A stretch of 63,926 nt of DNA, counting the filler, from Octopus bimaculoides (taxonomy: Eukaryota): NCBI RefSeq assembly GCF_001194135.2. It is 7 parts of 6 records of this genome, joined end to end, with 100 filler letters (N's around TTAATTAATTAA, not from the genome) between each part and the next. Parts side by side here need not be neighbours in the genome. Positions count along the whole stretch, not along the records: positions 20,404 to 52,003 come from NC_068988.1; 6 more parts are not named here. One strand, written 5' to 3'. The position numbers and the translations under genes are program-made. Numbering within the stretch: the first letter of the stretch is position 1; every line of letters starts with the position of its first letter. The notes below the pieces were generated by a model. That model did not search any database. It saw only the letters and a program-made list of their open reading frames with translations, and was not told the DNA's origin. Below, piece after piece: positions 38,565 to 51,260 of this stretch.

Positions 38565-39353
38565 GCTGCCAGCTCTACCACTGCTATCATCGCCACCTCT
38601 TTCTCTCACAATTACAATATTTTGTAAGCAACTTTTAACCAAGTTCTGAAATCAACAGAATCTTTCTCAACTTCTCCCTTCTTCCATTATAACCCTTCTC
38701 CTCACAAACACAGGCACCCACCCACGCACGCACACACACACACACACATACACATACACACGCACATACACACATGTATACGCATAAATTTACGCACATA
38801 TACAGATAATCATAGACATGGACACCTCATACGCACATACATACACCACATATTATTACAAGAAGACTGACCGAAACTAAAGAATTTATAGTTGAGGCCG
38901 ATCAATCATAGCTGGCTTTCAATTCCCCCACACCCAACCCTCTGCCCCCTATTTTCTTCTTCGTTTTTTTGTTGTTGTTATTGTTGTTTTTTTCTTTCTT
39001 TCTTTTTTTCTTCTTTCGGTGTTGGAATAAACAATAAAAGATATTCAGATATTTCAATGTTTGTTATCGATTCCTTGATGTTTCATGCAGAATGGAGATC
39101 TCTGTTTTCTAAACGACTTCAGTTCGACATATCGATTTATTTACAATTTTTCTGATTTTATTCTGAAAAAAAAAAAAAAAACTCACTTCCCAATAGAAAT
39201 AAAAACTACACGATGCTCGATGCTGACAGCTGTTTTCTACTCAAAAACCAAACAAACAAAGAGTAAAACAACACCAACAGCAGCAACAACTACAACCATA
39301 TCACAACTATTATGATGACAACGAAAACAGTGACAACTGCTACTAAGAGTTCA

Positions 39354-39354
<1 letters not shown>

Positions 39355-39415
<61 letters not shown>

Positions 39416-39538
39416 GACTACTACTACTACTACTACTGCTACTGCTGCTGCTACTACTACTGCTGCTGCTACTGTTGCTGCTGCTGCTGATGATGATGAT
39501 GATGATAATGATAATAATAATAATAATAATAATAATAA
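39355..39538. repeat. Compound (ACT)n/(GCT)n/(GAT)n/(AAT)n microsatellite
   Basis: Direct reading of the sequence. Confidence 0.95.
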
Positions 39539-39628
39539 ATTCGTTTTATTGGCCACAAGGGCTAATATCAATTAAAAACATCTAAGGACAAAGACAGGAC
39601 GAAGGTTACAAAAGGTTTTGTCCGAAAA
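39539..39628 (-). mobile_element. 3' tail of an unclassified retroposon (possibly L1/Tx1-like)
   Basis: Nearly identical to the start of 50672-51000 and 51795-52003. The minus strand has AATAAA followed by (TAT)n. Confidence 0.6.
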
Positions 39629-39679
39629 GGTACTATAAGAACAAGGCCCGAAATTTTGGGGTAGGGTTCTAATCTGCGT

Positions 39680-40420
39680 TGCCCAAGAGCACGCAGTAGG
39701 AACAAACTACATAAAATACAGAATAGACAACACATCAGAAAGTGATAAGTGCAGAATCTGTGGACAAAATGGTGAAACCGTATGGCATATTACCAGCCAA
39801 TGTACGCTACTAGCCCAGAAGGAATATAAGAGACGCCACGACAATATAGCCAGGCTTGTCCATTGGATACTTGACAACAAGTATGAACTTGACAGATCAA
39901 AAAATTGGTACGACCACAAACCGAAGGCATCATCGAAAATAGAAATGCAAAGATCCTATGGGATTTTATGATTCAGTGCGACCATGAGATTGAGAATAGG
40001 AAGCCGGACATAGTCTTAATTGAGAAAGAAAACAAACTATGCTGGATCATAGATATAGCATGCGCAGCTGACAACAAGGTATGCGATAAGGAAGAAAGAA
40101 AAGTCGAGAGATATGACAGGTTAGCTTGGGAAGTTAAGCAGTTGTGGTCGATGAAAAAGGTAGCAGTAGTACCGATAATTGTCGGAGCTCTGGGAACAGT
40201 GGGCAAAAATCTCGAGAGGTACGTGGAACAAATAGGGGCTGCAATAAGGGTGGAGCACTTGCAGAATACAGCACTGCTTGGAACCGCTCGAATACTCCAG
40301 AAGGTACTCGAAAAATAAGAGGTGTTACCTTAGTTCACTGGTAGTGAACAGCTGACACTGTAGTATACCTCCAGCGTTAGAAGCTGTGCAAAGACAATAA
40401 AATAATAATGATAATAATAA
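39680..40420 (+). mobile_element. R4/Dong-like LINE 3' portion (CCHC knuckle plus restriction-like endonuclease)
   Basis: QEHAVGTNYIKYRID, CRICGQNGETVWHITSQC, YKRRHDNIAR, KILWDFMIQCDHEIENRKPDIVLIEK...IIDIA, VVPIIVGALG; stop at 40318; (AAT)n tail. Confidence 0.9.
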
Positions 40421-40436
40421 TTTTAGCAATAATAAT

Positions 40437-40567
40437 CCTTTTTACTACAGGCACAAGGCCTAAATTTTGTGGGGAGGGGGACTAGTAGATTTACATCGGC
40501 CCCAGTGTTTCACTGGTACTTAATTTATCGACCCCGAAAGGATGACGATATTGCCAGCTCGTCGCCT
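40437..40567 (-). mobile_element. SINE family B, internally deleted
   Basis: Tail GGCACAAGGCC...GTTTCACTGGTACTTAATTTATCGACCCCGAAAGGATG joined directly to the head TGCCAGCTCGTCGCC. Confidence 0.75.
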
Positions 40568-40584
40568 TAATAATAATAATAATA

Positions 40585-40638
<54 letters not shown>

Positions 40639-40639
40639 T

Positions 40640-41805
40640 GCTTCTGAAAAAATAAAGAAATACAAACTTAAGAAAAATTCCAAAATGGAAAAGTAAAATT
40701 GAAAAAGAGATTGAAATAATGAGAAGTGAAATATCAATATTGAATGAACTAATCTGTGGAAATGACGTAAAAACCAGAAAAGGAAGAAAGATGAAGAGAA
40801 AACATAGATTCTCACCAAGAGAAGAACTGCTTTCAACAAAAGAAACACTGCAACAAAAAGTCCAAGCAAAAGCTCAAAGAATACGAAGATTTGAGAAACG
40901 AAACAAGTTTTACAAGCAAAATAAGCTGTTCACATCGAATGCGAAAACATTCTACAGAGAAATAGGGAAGGAGAAAATAACCGTTGGAGACCTCACTCCC
41001 ATGGAAGAAGGTGAAAACTTTTGAAAAAATATGTGGAGGGACGAAAAGACTTACAATGAAAATGCAGACCGGATTAGACGCACAGAAGAATCCTAGCAAA
41101 ACTTACCAAAACAAGCACGGAAAGACATCACAATAGCAGACCTAAGGATGACACTCACGAAGGCTCATAAGTGGAAATCTCCTGGTAATGGTAGGAGGCT
41201 AAATTTCTGGCTCGCCTCGCACCCGTGCACGCATGAAAAGTTAGTCCAGTTATTCAATGAAATTATGAGAGATCCTACGAAAACACCTGATTGGTTAGCA
41301 AGAGGTATTACTTAACTACTGCCGAAGAATAACGAAACCATATTTGCTGAAAAAGAAATCGGCCCATAAAATGTCTATTTACCACTTATAAAATTTTAAC
41401 ATCCATACTCGTGGAGAAAACATACAAATTTATGGAAAAGAACGATATTTTCCCCCACTGAACAAAAAGGATGCCAACGAGGCTCATATGGATGCAAAGA
41501 CCAATTCTTAATCAATCTCATGATCCTTGAGGACTGTCATAACAAACGCAGAAATTTCACTTCTGCATGGGTTGATTATAAAAAGGCCATAAACAGCGAT
41601 CGCTAGATATATTCAAAATTTCTTCTGTGATTTCAAATTTCCTGAAGCACATGCCAGTGTGGAATACGAATTTCCAATTATACCATTCTAATTGAGCACT
41701 GACCACAAAAGATATTAATATCAGCTGCGGCATTTTCCAAGGTAACTCACTTTCACCTTCAATTTCCTGCATAGCCCTAATACCCACTACAAGTGAACTT
41801 AACAG
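40640..41805 (+). mobile_element. R4/Dong-like LINE, RT N-terminal half, decayed
   Basis: QNKLF...KTFYREI, KWKSPG, TPDWLARGIT, EQKGCQRGSYGCKDQFLIN, AWVDYKKA, GIFQGNSLSP. Begins right after a (TAA)n array. Confidence 0.85.
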
Positions 41806-41885
41806 AATAAAGACGGACGAAATGCCACCAAGCATTTTGCCCGGCGTCCGAATAATTCTGCCAGCTCGTCGCCTTAATAACGATA

Positions 41886-41993
41886 CTGATGATGATGATG
41901 ATGATGATGATGATGACGATGATGATGGCGATGATGATGACAATGATGACGATGATGATAACGATGATGATGATGATGATGATGATGATGGTA

Positions 41994-42049
<56 letters not shown>

Positions 42050-42228
42050 GGTGGTGATGATGATGACGATGATGATGATACGATGATGATGACGATGATG
42101 ATGATACCATGATGATGACGATGATGATAATACGATGATGATGATGATGATGATACGATGATGATGGTGATGATGATGATACGATGATGATGATGATGAT
42201 ACGATGATGATGATAATACGATGATGAC

Positions 42229-42262
<34 letters not shown>

Positions 42263-42300
42263 GTGATGACGATGACAATGATGATGATGGTGGTGATGAT
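41886..42300. repeat. Long (GAT)n array with a recurring GATAC variant
   Basis: Direct reading of the sequence. Confidence 0.95.
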
Positions 42301-42684
42301 GTTATTTATTCAACTATTAATACGAATTAGCCATTTGGTTTTTTTTTCTGAATCCGTGTGAACGAGGTTAAATGTTTACTTATTCGTGCAGTGAGATTTT
42401 CAAATAAACAGCCTCGGGTTCTCAGGTGACCATTTATCTAACTTCCAGAAGAGAATTCATCCAAACAAAATCATGAATATTCTACTCTTTTAGCCTCTTC
42501 CCATAGCAACAACAACAACGTCTAAAATAGACAACCTTACTCTGTTTCTTTTTTCTAGCATTGTGCCGCTGAAACTAGGCGGCGTTCATTTTGATAAATA
42601 AATCTAAGTCTTGCATCATTTAACTTCCATCCATCGTCCACCATCTATATGATTTTTTTTTATCTTCTGCCGTTTATTTATTAT

Positions 42685-43775
42685 TATTTTTTACTTGTTT
42701 CAGTCAATGGACTGCGGCCATGCTGGAGCAGCGCTTTGAAGGTTTAGTTTCGTCGAATAAATCGATCCTGGAACTTATTTATTGGTTTTTTTAAAGTCTG
42801 GTGCTCATTCTACCGTTATCTATTTTCGTGAGTCTCTATGTTACAGGGACGTAAACAAGCCGACACCGGTTGTAAAGCGGTGGTGGAGACGTGAAAATGA
42901 AGACACGAAGGCACACACACACACACACACACACACGCACGCACGTACACACACACACACATATAGTGCCCGTGTGGTAAGAAGCTTGCTTCCCAACCAC
43001 ATGGTTCCGGGTTCAGTCTCACTGCGTGGCACGTTAGGCAAGTGCCTCCTACTGTAGCCTCTGGTCGACCAAAGCCTTGTGAGTGGATTTAGTAGACGGA
43101 AACTGAAAGAAGCTCGTCGTATATATTATTCTTTTATTCTTTTACTGGTTTCAGCCATTTGACTGCGGCCATGTTGGAGCACCACCTTTAGCCGAACAAA
43201 TCAGCCCCAGGACTTATTCTTTGTAAGCCTAATACTTTTTCTATCGGTCTCTTTTACCGAACCACTATGTTACGGGGACGTAAACACACCAACATTAGTT
43301 GCCAAGCAATGGTGGGGGACAAACACAAATACACAAGTATACACACACACGCACACACACACATACATGCATACACATACACACACATACACACATATAT
43401 ATATATATGACGGGCTTCTTTCAGTTTCCGTCAAGCAAATCCACTCACAAGGCTTTGATCAACCCGTGGCTATAGTAGAAAACACTTGCCCAAGGTGCCA
43501 CACAGTGGAACTGAACCCGGAACCATGCGGTATGAAAGCAAGCTTCTTACCACACAGCCACGCCTATATCTATGTGTGTGCCTGATTTTGACCATCCCAT
43601 CACCACTTGACAACCAGTGTGTTTACGTCCCCGTAACATAGCGGTTCGGCAAAAGAAACCAATAGAATAAGTAACGGGCTTAAAAAAATAAATACTGAGA
43701 TCAAGTCATTCGACTAAAAATTCAAGGATGCGCTCCAGCTTGGCCGCAGTCTAATGAGTGAAACAGATGAAAAAT
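42685..43775. mobile_element. Cluster of four SINE family A copies in alternating orientation (- 42685-42900, + 42965-43122, - 43130-43565, + 43590-43775)
   Basis: Each segment matches the corresponding part of 35500-35918. Confidence 0.8.
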
Positions 43776-43835
43776 AGAAGACATATATAGAACAAGTAGA
43801 AAGATATATTTTTCAACTCTTAAACACTGATAGAA

Positions 43836-43872
<37 letters not shown>

Positions 43873-43902
43873 ATAAAATCTTTTAAGCGCAGAAAAATTT
43901 GT

Positions 43903-43983
43903 TGGTAACCAGCCATGAGAATCGAACTCACACCCCACTAATATCCGGTCAGAGTTTTCTACCTTTAAGCTAAACTACCGACC
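43903..43983 (-). pseudogene. Decayed tRNA-like sequence (tRNA retropseudogene or SINE head)
   Basis: D stem GTTT/AAAC, T arm GTGAG-TTCGATT-CTCAT, ends ACCA. The anticodon arm does not fold. Confidence 0.5.
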
Positions 43984-44789
43984 GACAAATTATTCTGCAA
44001 TTGTAGAAATTATAAAGTCATCCAGAAACGCCCGATATCATAAATATATATAACGTCATATGTAAACAAACATAAATTTGTTTTTGAAGCGTTGAAATTT
44101 TGAAGCGTTGAATTTGTCGGCCGGCAGTTTANNNNNNNNNNNNNNNNNNNNNNNNNNNNNNNNNNNNNNNNNNNNNNNNNNNNNNNNNNNNNNNNNNNNN
44201 NNNNNNNNNNNNNNNNNNNNNNNNNNNNNNNNNNNNNNNNNNNNNNNNNNNNNNNNNNNNNNNNNNNNNNNNNNNNNNNNNNNNNNNNNNNNNNNNNNNN
44301 NNNNNNNNNNNNNNNNNNNNNNNNNNNNNNNNNNNNNNNNNNNNNNNNNNNNNNNNNNNNNNNNNNNNNNNNNNNNNNNNNNNNNNNNNNNNNNNNNNNN
44401 NNNNNNNNNNNNNNNNNNNNNNNNNNNNNNNNNNNNNNNNNNNNNNNNNNNNNNNNNNNNNNNNATATATATATTCAGAGATAAGGGGGCGAAACTGCAA
44501 GGACTTTCCGGACTCCGACTGATAAGGAAATCGGCTGCGAATGATTCGTGCATCTTGTTTTTGTCCTGTTTGCCGTTTGATGTGCTATCGTCTATTTCTC
44601 TGTATGTTGTGTTTTGGTGGTTTCCGTTTGTTGTGTTCTTTCTGTCCTACCTTTAATTTATCTATATATATTGTTTGTTGCTGTTGTTGTTTGTTCCTTC
44701 CCGAACCATGCCTGGCTCAAAAGGGCCGGTTTCCCGGTTTCCTTGGCGTATAGGTTCACCATCTCGACCGGATGCCGGTCCGTCGCAAG

Positions 44790-45000
44790 ATATGTATGTA
44801 TGTATGTATATATGTATGTATGTATGTATGTATGTGACAGGCTTGCATACAGTTTCTGTCTACCAAATTCCTTCACAAGGCATTGGTCAGCCCGGAGCCC
44901 TAATAAAAGACATTTGCCCCAGATTCGACAATGTGGGACTGAACTCAGAACCAGGTGGGGTTGCAAAGCCAGCTCCTTAACCAGATAGCTATACCTGCGC
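44790..45000 (-). mobile_element. SINE family A 5' half
   Basis: GTTTCTGTCTACCAAATTCCTTCACAAGGC...GGGACTGAACTCAGAACC. Confidence 0.75.
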
Positions 45001-45532
45001 CATCTCTAAGCAACCAGCTTCTTACTTTGTCTCTCACGATAACATTTTAATAAATCGTTTTTAACCCTTTCAAAAGCAATATCTACGCCCCGGTTAAAAA
45101 TACATTTTATTTAATCCCTCGATCTATTTCTTCCAGGAAATAAAACACACACTCTTTCTCTTTCTCTCTCTACATCTGAGACTTCTCTTAAAAACATGTA
45201 TTTCGCATATTTCACTTCTACTTCAAGACATGTAAGCGATATTCTTCCATTTCCCGAAAGTAATGGCACAGGATAAAACAAGTAACAACAACGCACTTCA
45301 CAACAGAATCTATTTTCATAGCCTCCTCAAGAAACACTTATGAATGTATCCACTTTAAAGAAGATTACTTTACAAAACTCTTTCTCTCTCTCTCTCGCCT
45401 TCCAGTTATCTTCGTATCTAACTCTCCGGTAACCACTCTATTAACCCATTTGCAATCCAAAATACACCTAGATGTGCTCTGCTCTCCTCCAACTAACCTA
45501 ATCTTTGCTTAGGTTATTTATTTTAATAAGTG

Positions 45533-45760
45533 TGAAGGCGGTGAGATGGCGGAATCGTTAGCGAGCCGGTCAAAATGTCTGACGGTATTTCATCCGGCTC
45601 TACGTTCTGAGTTCATATTCTGCCAATGTCGACTTTGCCTTTCATCCATTCGGGGGTGTCGATGAAAAGAATGAATAAATAAAAGAAAAAAACTACCTAC
45701 TGAATACTGGGGTTGGTGTAATCTACCAGTCCCTATCTCCAAGTTTCAGGACTTGAAAAT
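45533..45760 (+). mobile_element. SINE family B
   Basis: GGCGGTGAGATGGCGGAATCGTTAGC...GAGTTCATATTC...GTCGACTTTGCCTTTCATCC. Confidence 0.75.
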
Positions 45761-45986
45761 GGCCAATTGGCCGAATCATGACAGCGTTGGGAGAAAAAAA
45801 AATAGAGAAAGAAAAAGCTTAACTGTATTTGGTCCAGTTCTTTACGTTCTGCGATCAAATATCACTAATAGTACCATTCAAGTACTAGCGTTGATATCAT
45901 CAACTAATTCACTTTCCTAAAATTTGTTGGCCTATGCCAAATTTGAAACGGAAAAGATCGCGAGTTGGCACACACANNNNNNNNNN

Positions 45987-46021
<35 letters not shown>

Positions 46022-46166
46022 TTTAAATTCGTTTATGGTAACGTTAAGGTTATGCAAAATTAAGCTCCTCTTTCATTATGCCGGCTATCGTCAAATAATA
46101 CTGACGAATGAGTCAGTTTTTCGAGGTTGCATCACGGTTACACTGATATAATGTGGGATAAATATG

Positions 46167-46402
46167 ATAATAACAATAATACCAGGATGAAATTTATAAA
46201 TAAATTCATGTGATCTGTAGAAACATCGCTACGCGCGTTTCTACAGATCACATGATTTTGGCATCACGCCCACGGATAATACGGACTACACTGTACTAAT
46301 CTCAAGGAGACCGACTCTTATGTCAAAATCATGTGATTTGAGGAAACATGCGTAGCTATGGATTAAATATTTATAAATTCCATCCTGGTATTATTGTTAT
46401 TA

Positions 46403-46403
<1 letters not shown>
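46167..46403. mobile_element. Foldback MITE with ~90-bp arms
   Basis: ATAATAACAATAATACCAGGATGAAATTTATAAATA versus TATTTATAAATTCCATCCTGGTATTATTGTTATTAT; the inner arms also match. Confidence 0.8.
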
Positions 46404-46459
<56 letters not shown>

Positions 46460-47571
46460 ATTTATACATACACACACACACACATTTATCTATCAGTTGT
46501 CCTTTTCGTTGTCCAGCTGCAGCAGAGCTGTTATAACAGGCCCATGAAGATCAAAGGCGTTCCAACCGTGCCAATCTCTTTATGACTTTCGTCTTTCTAG
46601 GATTATATAGTCCAATATATCTTTCTTTTTAAAAGAGTGGGTTATGATTTGAAGGCGATTTGACTATTATTTCTACCATATCGAAGGACCACCACAAAAT
46701 TTTCTCGTTGGTTTGATGTACTTCGGTGTACTTTAAGTGCATCTAAAACGACAGGTAAATTGACCGCCAGAATTCAACAACATTTTTTTTTCTAAGAACC
46801 AGAGACCACGCTGGAGAAAACAAACAAATATCGTTTTATCTGTATAGATATGGATGCTAGACTTAAAAACTCTATGTTAACAGAATACCTTGGGAGTAGA
46901 ACCAACTCATTAAATAGCAGGTTTATAACAGAAACAAAGAAAAAACATAGAGGTGGAGGAAAAGAGAAAGAGAGAGAGAGAGAGAGGGTGGGAAGATCGA
47001 AGATAGATAAGTACCTCTTACAAACTTACGATCAGCTGCTCAAAAAATGATGATTGCCAAACTTATAAACAGGTTGCTTTATATATTTCCTTTCAACTAC
47101 TTTATCTCATCGAGATAATTGGATCTGATTTTAGTGATTTTTTATATGTATTTCTTTTTCTTTTATCTTCTTATTTGGTGAGTTTTAGCATCACAGGAAT
47201 GATGCCAATAGCATTCCTGTAGCTGTTTTCCAGAATTCTCACTGCAACTGCCAGCCTCGCCTACAATATCCAAATCAATGACCACCGTTTTGTGGCCTGA
47301 TCTTTCAACATATATTTATATATAACTAGAGTTAACCATCATATGATGGGTAATGTTAGAAGTATACTTGGCATGCCTACACAACTGTGCCTCTCCAAAT
47401 GGACTTTGTTTCCTCATAACTTTCAGAAAAATAGATATTTTTTAATGAATTGTTTTTACAAATATGCTTTAGATGGTTAAAATTCCGATTATATTAGAAT
47501 TTGTCGTCAAAATATTTTTCCGAGGTTGGGGAGGGGAGTTTTTGAAAATTCGCAAAACTTTATATGTATAC

Positions 47572-47803
47572 GTCGTCGTTTAACGTCCGCTTTCCATGCT
47601 AGCATGGGTTGGACGATTTGACTGAGGACTGGTGAAACCAGATGGCTACACCAGGCTCCAATCTGATTTGGCAGAGTTTCTACAGCTGGATGCCCTTCCT
47701 AACGCCAACCACTCAGAGAGTGTAGTGGGTGCTTTTACGTGTCACACGCACGAAGGCTAGTCAGGCGGTACTGGCAACGGCCATGCTCAAAATGGTGCAT
47801 TTC
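47572..47803 (-). mobile_element. RTE-type 3' UTR copy, truncated by a gap
   Basis: Matches 36771-36940; (CGT)n tail. Confidence 0.8.
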
Positions 47804-48921
47804 NNNNNNNNNNNNNNNNNNNNNNNNNNNNNNNNNNNNNNNNNNNNNNNNNNNNNNNNNNNNNNNNNNNNNNNNNNNNNNNNNNNNNNNNNNNNNNNNN
47901 NNNNNNNNNNNNNNNNNNNNNNNNNNNNNNNNNNNNNNNNNNNNNNNNNNNNNNNNNNNNNNNNNNNNNNNNNNNNNNNNNNNNNNNNNNNNNNNNNNNN
48001 NNNNNNNNNNNNNNNNNNNNNNNNNNNNNNNNNNNNNNNNNNNNNNNNNNNNNNNNNNNNNNNNNNNNNNNNNNNNNNNNNNNNNNNNNNNNNNNNNNNN
48101 NNNNNNNNNNNNNNNNNNNNNNNNNNNNNNNNNNNNNNNNNNNNNNNNNNNNNNNNNNNNNNNNNNNNNNNNNNNNNNNNNNNNNNNNNNNNNNNNNNNN
48201 NNNNNNNNNNNNNNNNNNNNNNNNNNNNNNNNNNNNNNNNNNNNNNNNNNNNNNNNNNNNNNNNNNNNNNNNNNNNNNNNNNNNNNNNNNNNNNNNNNNN
48301 NNNNNNNNNNNNNNNNNNNNNNNNNNNNNNNNNNNNNNNNNNNNNNNNNNNNNNNNNNNNNNNNNNNNNNNNNNNNNNNNNNNNNNNNNNNNNNNNNNNN
48401 NNNNNNNNNNNNNNNNNNNNNNNNNNNNNNNNNNNNNNNNNNNNNNNNNNNNNNNNNNNNNNNNNNNNNNNNNNNNNNNNNNNNNNNNNNNNNNNNNNNN
48501 NNNNNNNNNNNNNNNNNNNNNNNNNNNNNNNNNNNNNNNNNNNNNNNNNNNNNNNNNNNNNNNNNNNNNNNNNNNNNNNNNNNNNNNNNNNNNNNNNNNN
48601 NNNNNNNNNNNNNNNNNNNNNNNNNNNNNNNNNNNNNNNNNNNNNNNNNNNNNNNNNNNNNNNNNNNNNNNNNNNNNNNNNNAGAGAGAGAAAGAGATAG
48701 AGTAGCGTCGGAGGATAAGTTACGAAAACTACTTACAATTTTTGTGAGACGCTGCGTTCAATCATGTAAAAACAAAAGTAAATGAGTATATGCATATATA
48801 CGTACAGGTATATATATATATATATATATATATATGAACAAGTAGACAGACGAAAGAAGAGCACTCAACACATTTATTTGGAGTTACATGTATGGATCAA
48901 AACGGCTTGATTCAAACTCCC

Positions 48922-48961
48922 TGGTACTCGGAGTTTCAAGCGTTACGCTAATCTTCGGCCA
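48922..48961 (-). ncRNA. Decayed minimal hammerhead-like motif
   Basis: TGG CCGAAGA T TAGC gtaac GCTT GAAA CTCCGAG TA CCA. Confidence 0.4.
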
Positions 48962-48998
48962 AATATATATATGTATAGCTAGGTAGATAGATATCATG

Positions 48999-49034
<36 letters not shown>

Positions 49035-49240
49035 TGAATGTATGTATGTATATAGTTAGCTAGATAAATAGATAGATAGATACACACATGCATTCATGCT
49101 TAAATACATATACACATATAAACGGGTATACGAACACACAAACATAAATATACTTATGAACATATATGTACACGTATGTGCATATACATATCTGCATATA
49201 TACATACAGATATACATACATACATACATACATACATGCA

Positions 49241-49272
<32 letters not shown>

Positions 49273-49693
49273 CAAACATATGTATATGTATGTATGTATG
49301 TAGCTACACATACATACATGTACATACATATACGTATATAAATACGTTTGTGCTTGCGTGTTTACATGTTTGAGAATATGTGTGTATACATATACAAGTA
49401 TTATGCATGTGTGCGTGTGTGCGTGTGTGTGTGTGTGGGGGGCGGTATCTATATATCTGTGTATGTATATATATCATACAAATATTAACACGTGCACTGA
49501 TCGTACGCGTATTCATGGAACAATACAAAAAATCCATCAAACACACGTACATAGACACGCATACACACACACACACACACACGGGCGCGCACAAACTCAC
49601 ACACTCACTTACTCTCTCTCTCTCCCACTTTCTCTCTCACACACACACATATAAACTCACAAACTCGAACACATACATACGCAAGCGCACAAG

Positions 49694-49724
<31 letters not shown>

Positions 49725-50671
49725 NNNNNNNNNNNNNNNNNNNNNNNNNNNNNNNNNNNNNNNNNNNNNNNNNNNNNNNNNNNNNNNNNNNNNNNNNNNN
49801 NNNNNNNNNNNNNNNNNNNNNNNNNNNNNNNNNNNNNNNNNNNNNNNNNNNNNNNNNNNNNNNNNNNNNNNNNNNNNNNNNNNNNNNNNNNNNNNNNNNN
49901 NNNNNNNNNNNNNNNNNNNNNNNNNNNNNNNNNNNNNNNNNNNNNNNNNNNNNNNNNNNNNNNNNNNNNNNNNNNNNNNNNNNNNNNNNNNNNNNNNNNN
50001 NNNNNNNNNNNNNNNNNNNNNNNNNNNNNNNNNNNNNNNNNNNNNNNNNNNNNNNNNNNNNNNNNNNNNNNNNNNNNNNNNNNNNNNNNNNNNNNNNNNN
50101 NNNNNNNNNNNNNNNNNNNNNNNNNNNNNNNNNNNNNNNNNNNNNNNNNNNNNNNNNNNNNNNNNNNNNNNNNNNNNNNNNNNNNNNNNNNNNNNNNNNN
50201 NNNNNNNNNNNNNNNNNNNNNNNNNNNNNNNNNNNNNNNNNNNNNNNNNNNNNNNNNNNNNNNNNNNNNNNNNNNNNNNNNNNNNNNNNNNNNNNNNNNN
50301 NNNNNNNNNNNNNNNNNNNNNNNNNNNNNNNNNNNNNNNNNNNNNNNNNNNNNNNNNNNNNNNNNNNNNNNNNNNNNNNNNNNNNNNNNNNNNNNNNNNN
50401 NNNNNNNNNNNNNNNNNNNNNNNNNNNNNNNNNNNNNNNNNNNNNNNNNNNNNNNNNNNNNNNNNNNNNNNNNNNNNNNNNNNNNNNNNNNNNNNNNNNN
50501 NNNNNNNNNNNNNNNNNNNNNNNNNNNNNNNNNNNNNNNNNNNNNNNNNNNNNNNNNNNNNNNNNNNNNNNNNNNNNNNNNNNNNNNNNNNNNNNNNNNN
50601 NNNNNNNNNNNNNNNNNNNNNNNNNNNNNNNNNNNNNNNNNNNNNNNNNNNNAAAATAATAATAATAATAA

Positions 50672-51000
50672 TTAATTCGTTTTATTGACCACAAGGGCTA
50701 ATATCAATTAAAAACATATAAGGACAAAGACAGGACGAAGGTTACAAAAGGTTTTGTCCGAAAAGGTAGGAAAGTTCGTCTAAACAGAGGAAGAAAACGG
50801 AGAAAGATATAATAAATAAATAGATAAATAAATAAGTAGAACTCCCGAAGGGGGAGGCGCTTCGAAAAAGGAAAGGTTACACGTGGAAAAACCCATAAAA
50901 CCACGGGAGCCTGGTCAGAAAAAATAAGAAAGGGGTATAGAGCCCTTTCTCCTTTTACATTACCTTTTTTTTTCTTTTTCTTTATTTTTTTCTACAGGTG
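50672..51000 (-). mobile_element. Retroposon 3' tail abutting (AAT)n (possibly L1/Tx1-like)
   Basis: About 210 bp near-identical to 51795-52003; AATAAA then (TAT)n on the minus strand. Confidence 0.6.
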
Positions 51001-51055
51001 TATTCTCAGAATTGGTCCGTTTATACTGGCCATTCTTCCAACAGTCACCCAAGCA

Positions 51056-51092
<37 letters not shown>

Positions 51093-51119
51093 GAAGTAGT
51101 AGTAGTAATAATAATCACT

Positions 51120-51260
51120 ATGAGCAAAAATCTCGAGAAGTCCGTGGAACAAAAAGGGGCTGCAATAAGGGTGGAACACTTGCAGAAAACAGCACGGCTT
51201 GGAACAGCTAGAATACTCCGAAAGGTGCTCGAAAAATAAGGGGTGTTACCTTAGTTCACT
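51120..51260 (+). mobile_element. Short 5'-truncated copy of the R4/Dong-like LINE at 39680-40420
   Basis: KNLEKSVEQKGAAIRVEHLQKTARLGTARILRKVLEK* plus GTGTTACCTTAGTTCACT, matching 40200-40340. Confidence 0.85.
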
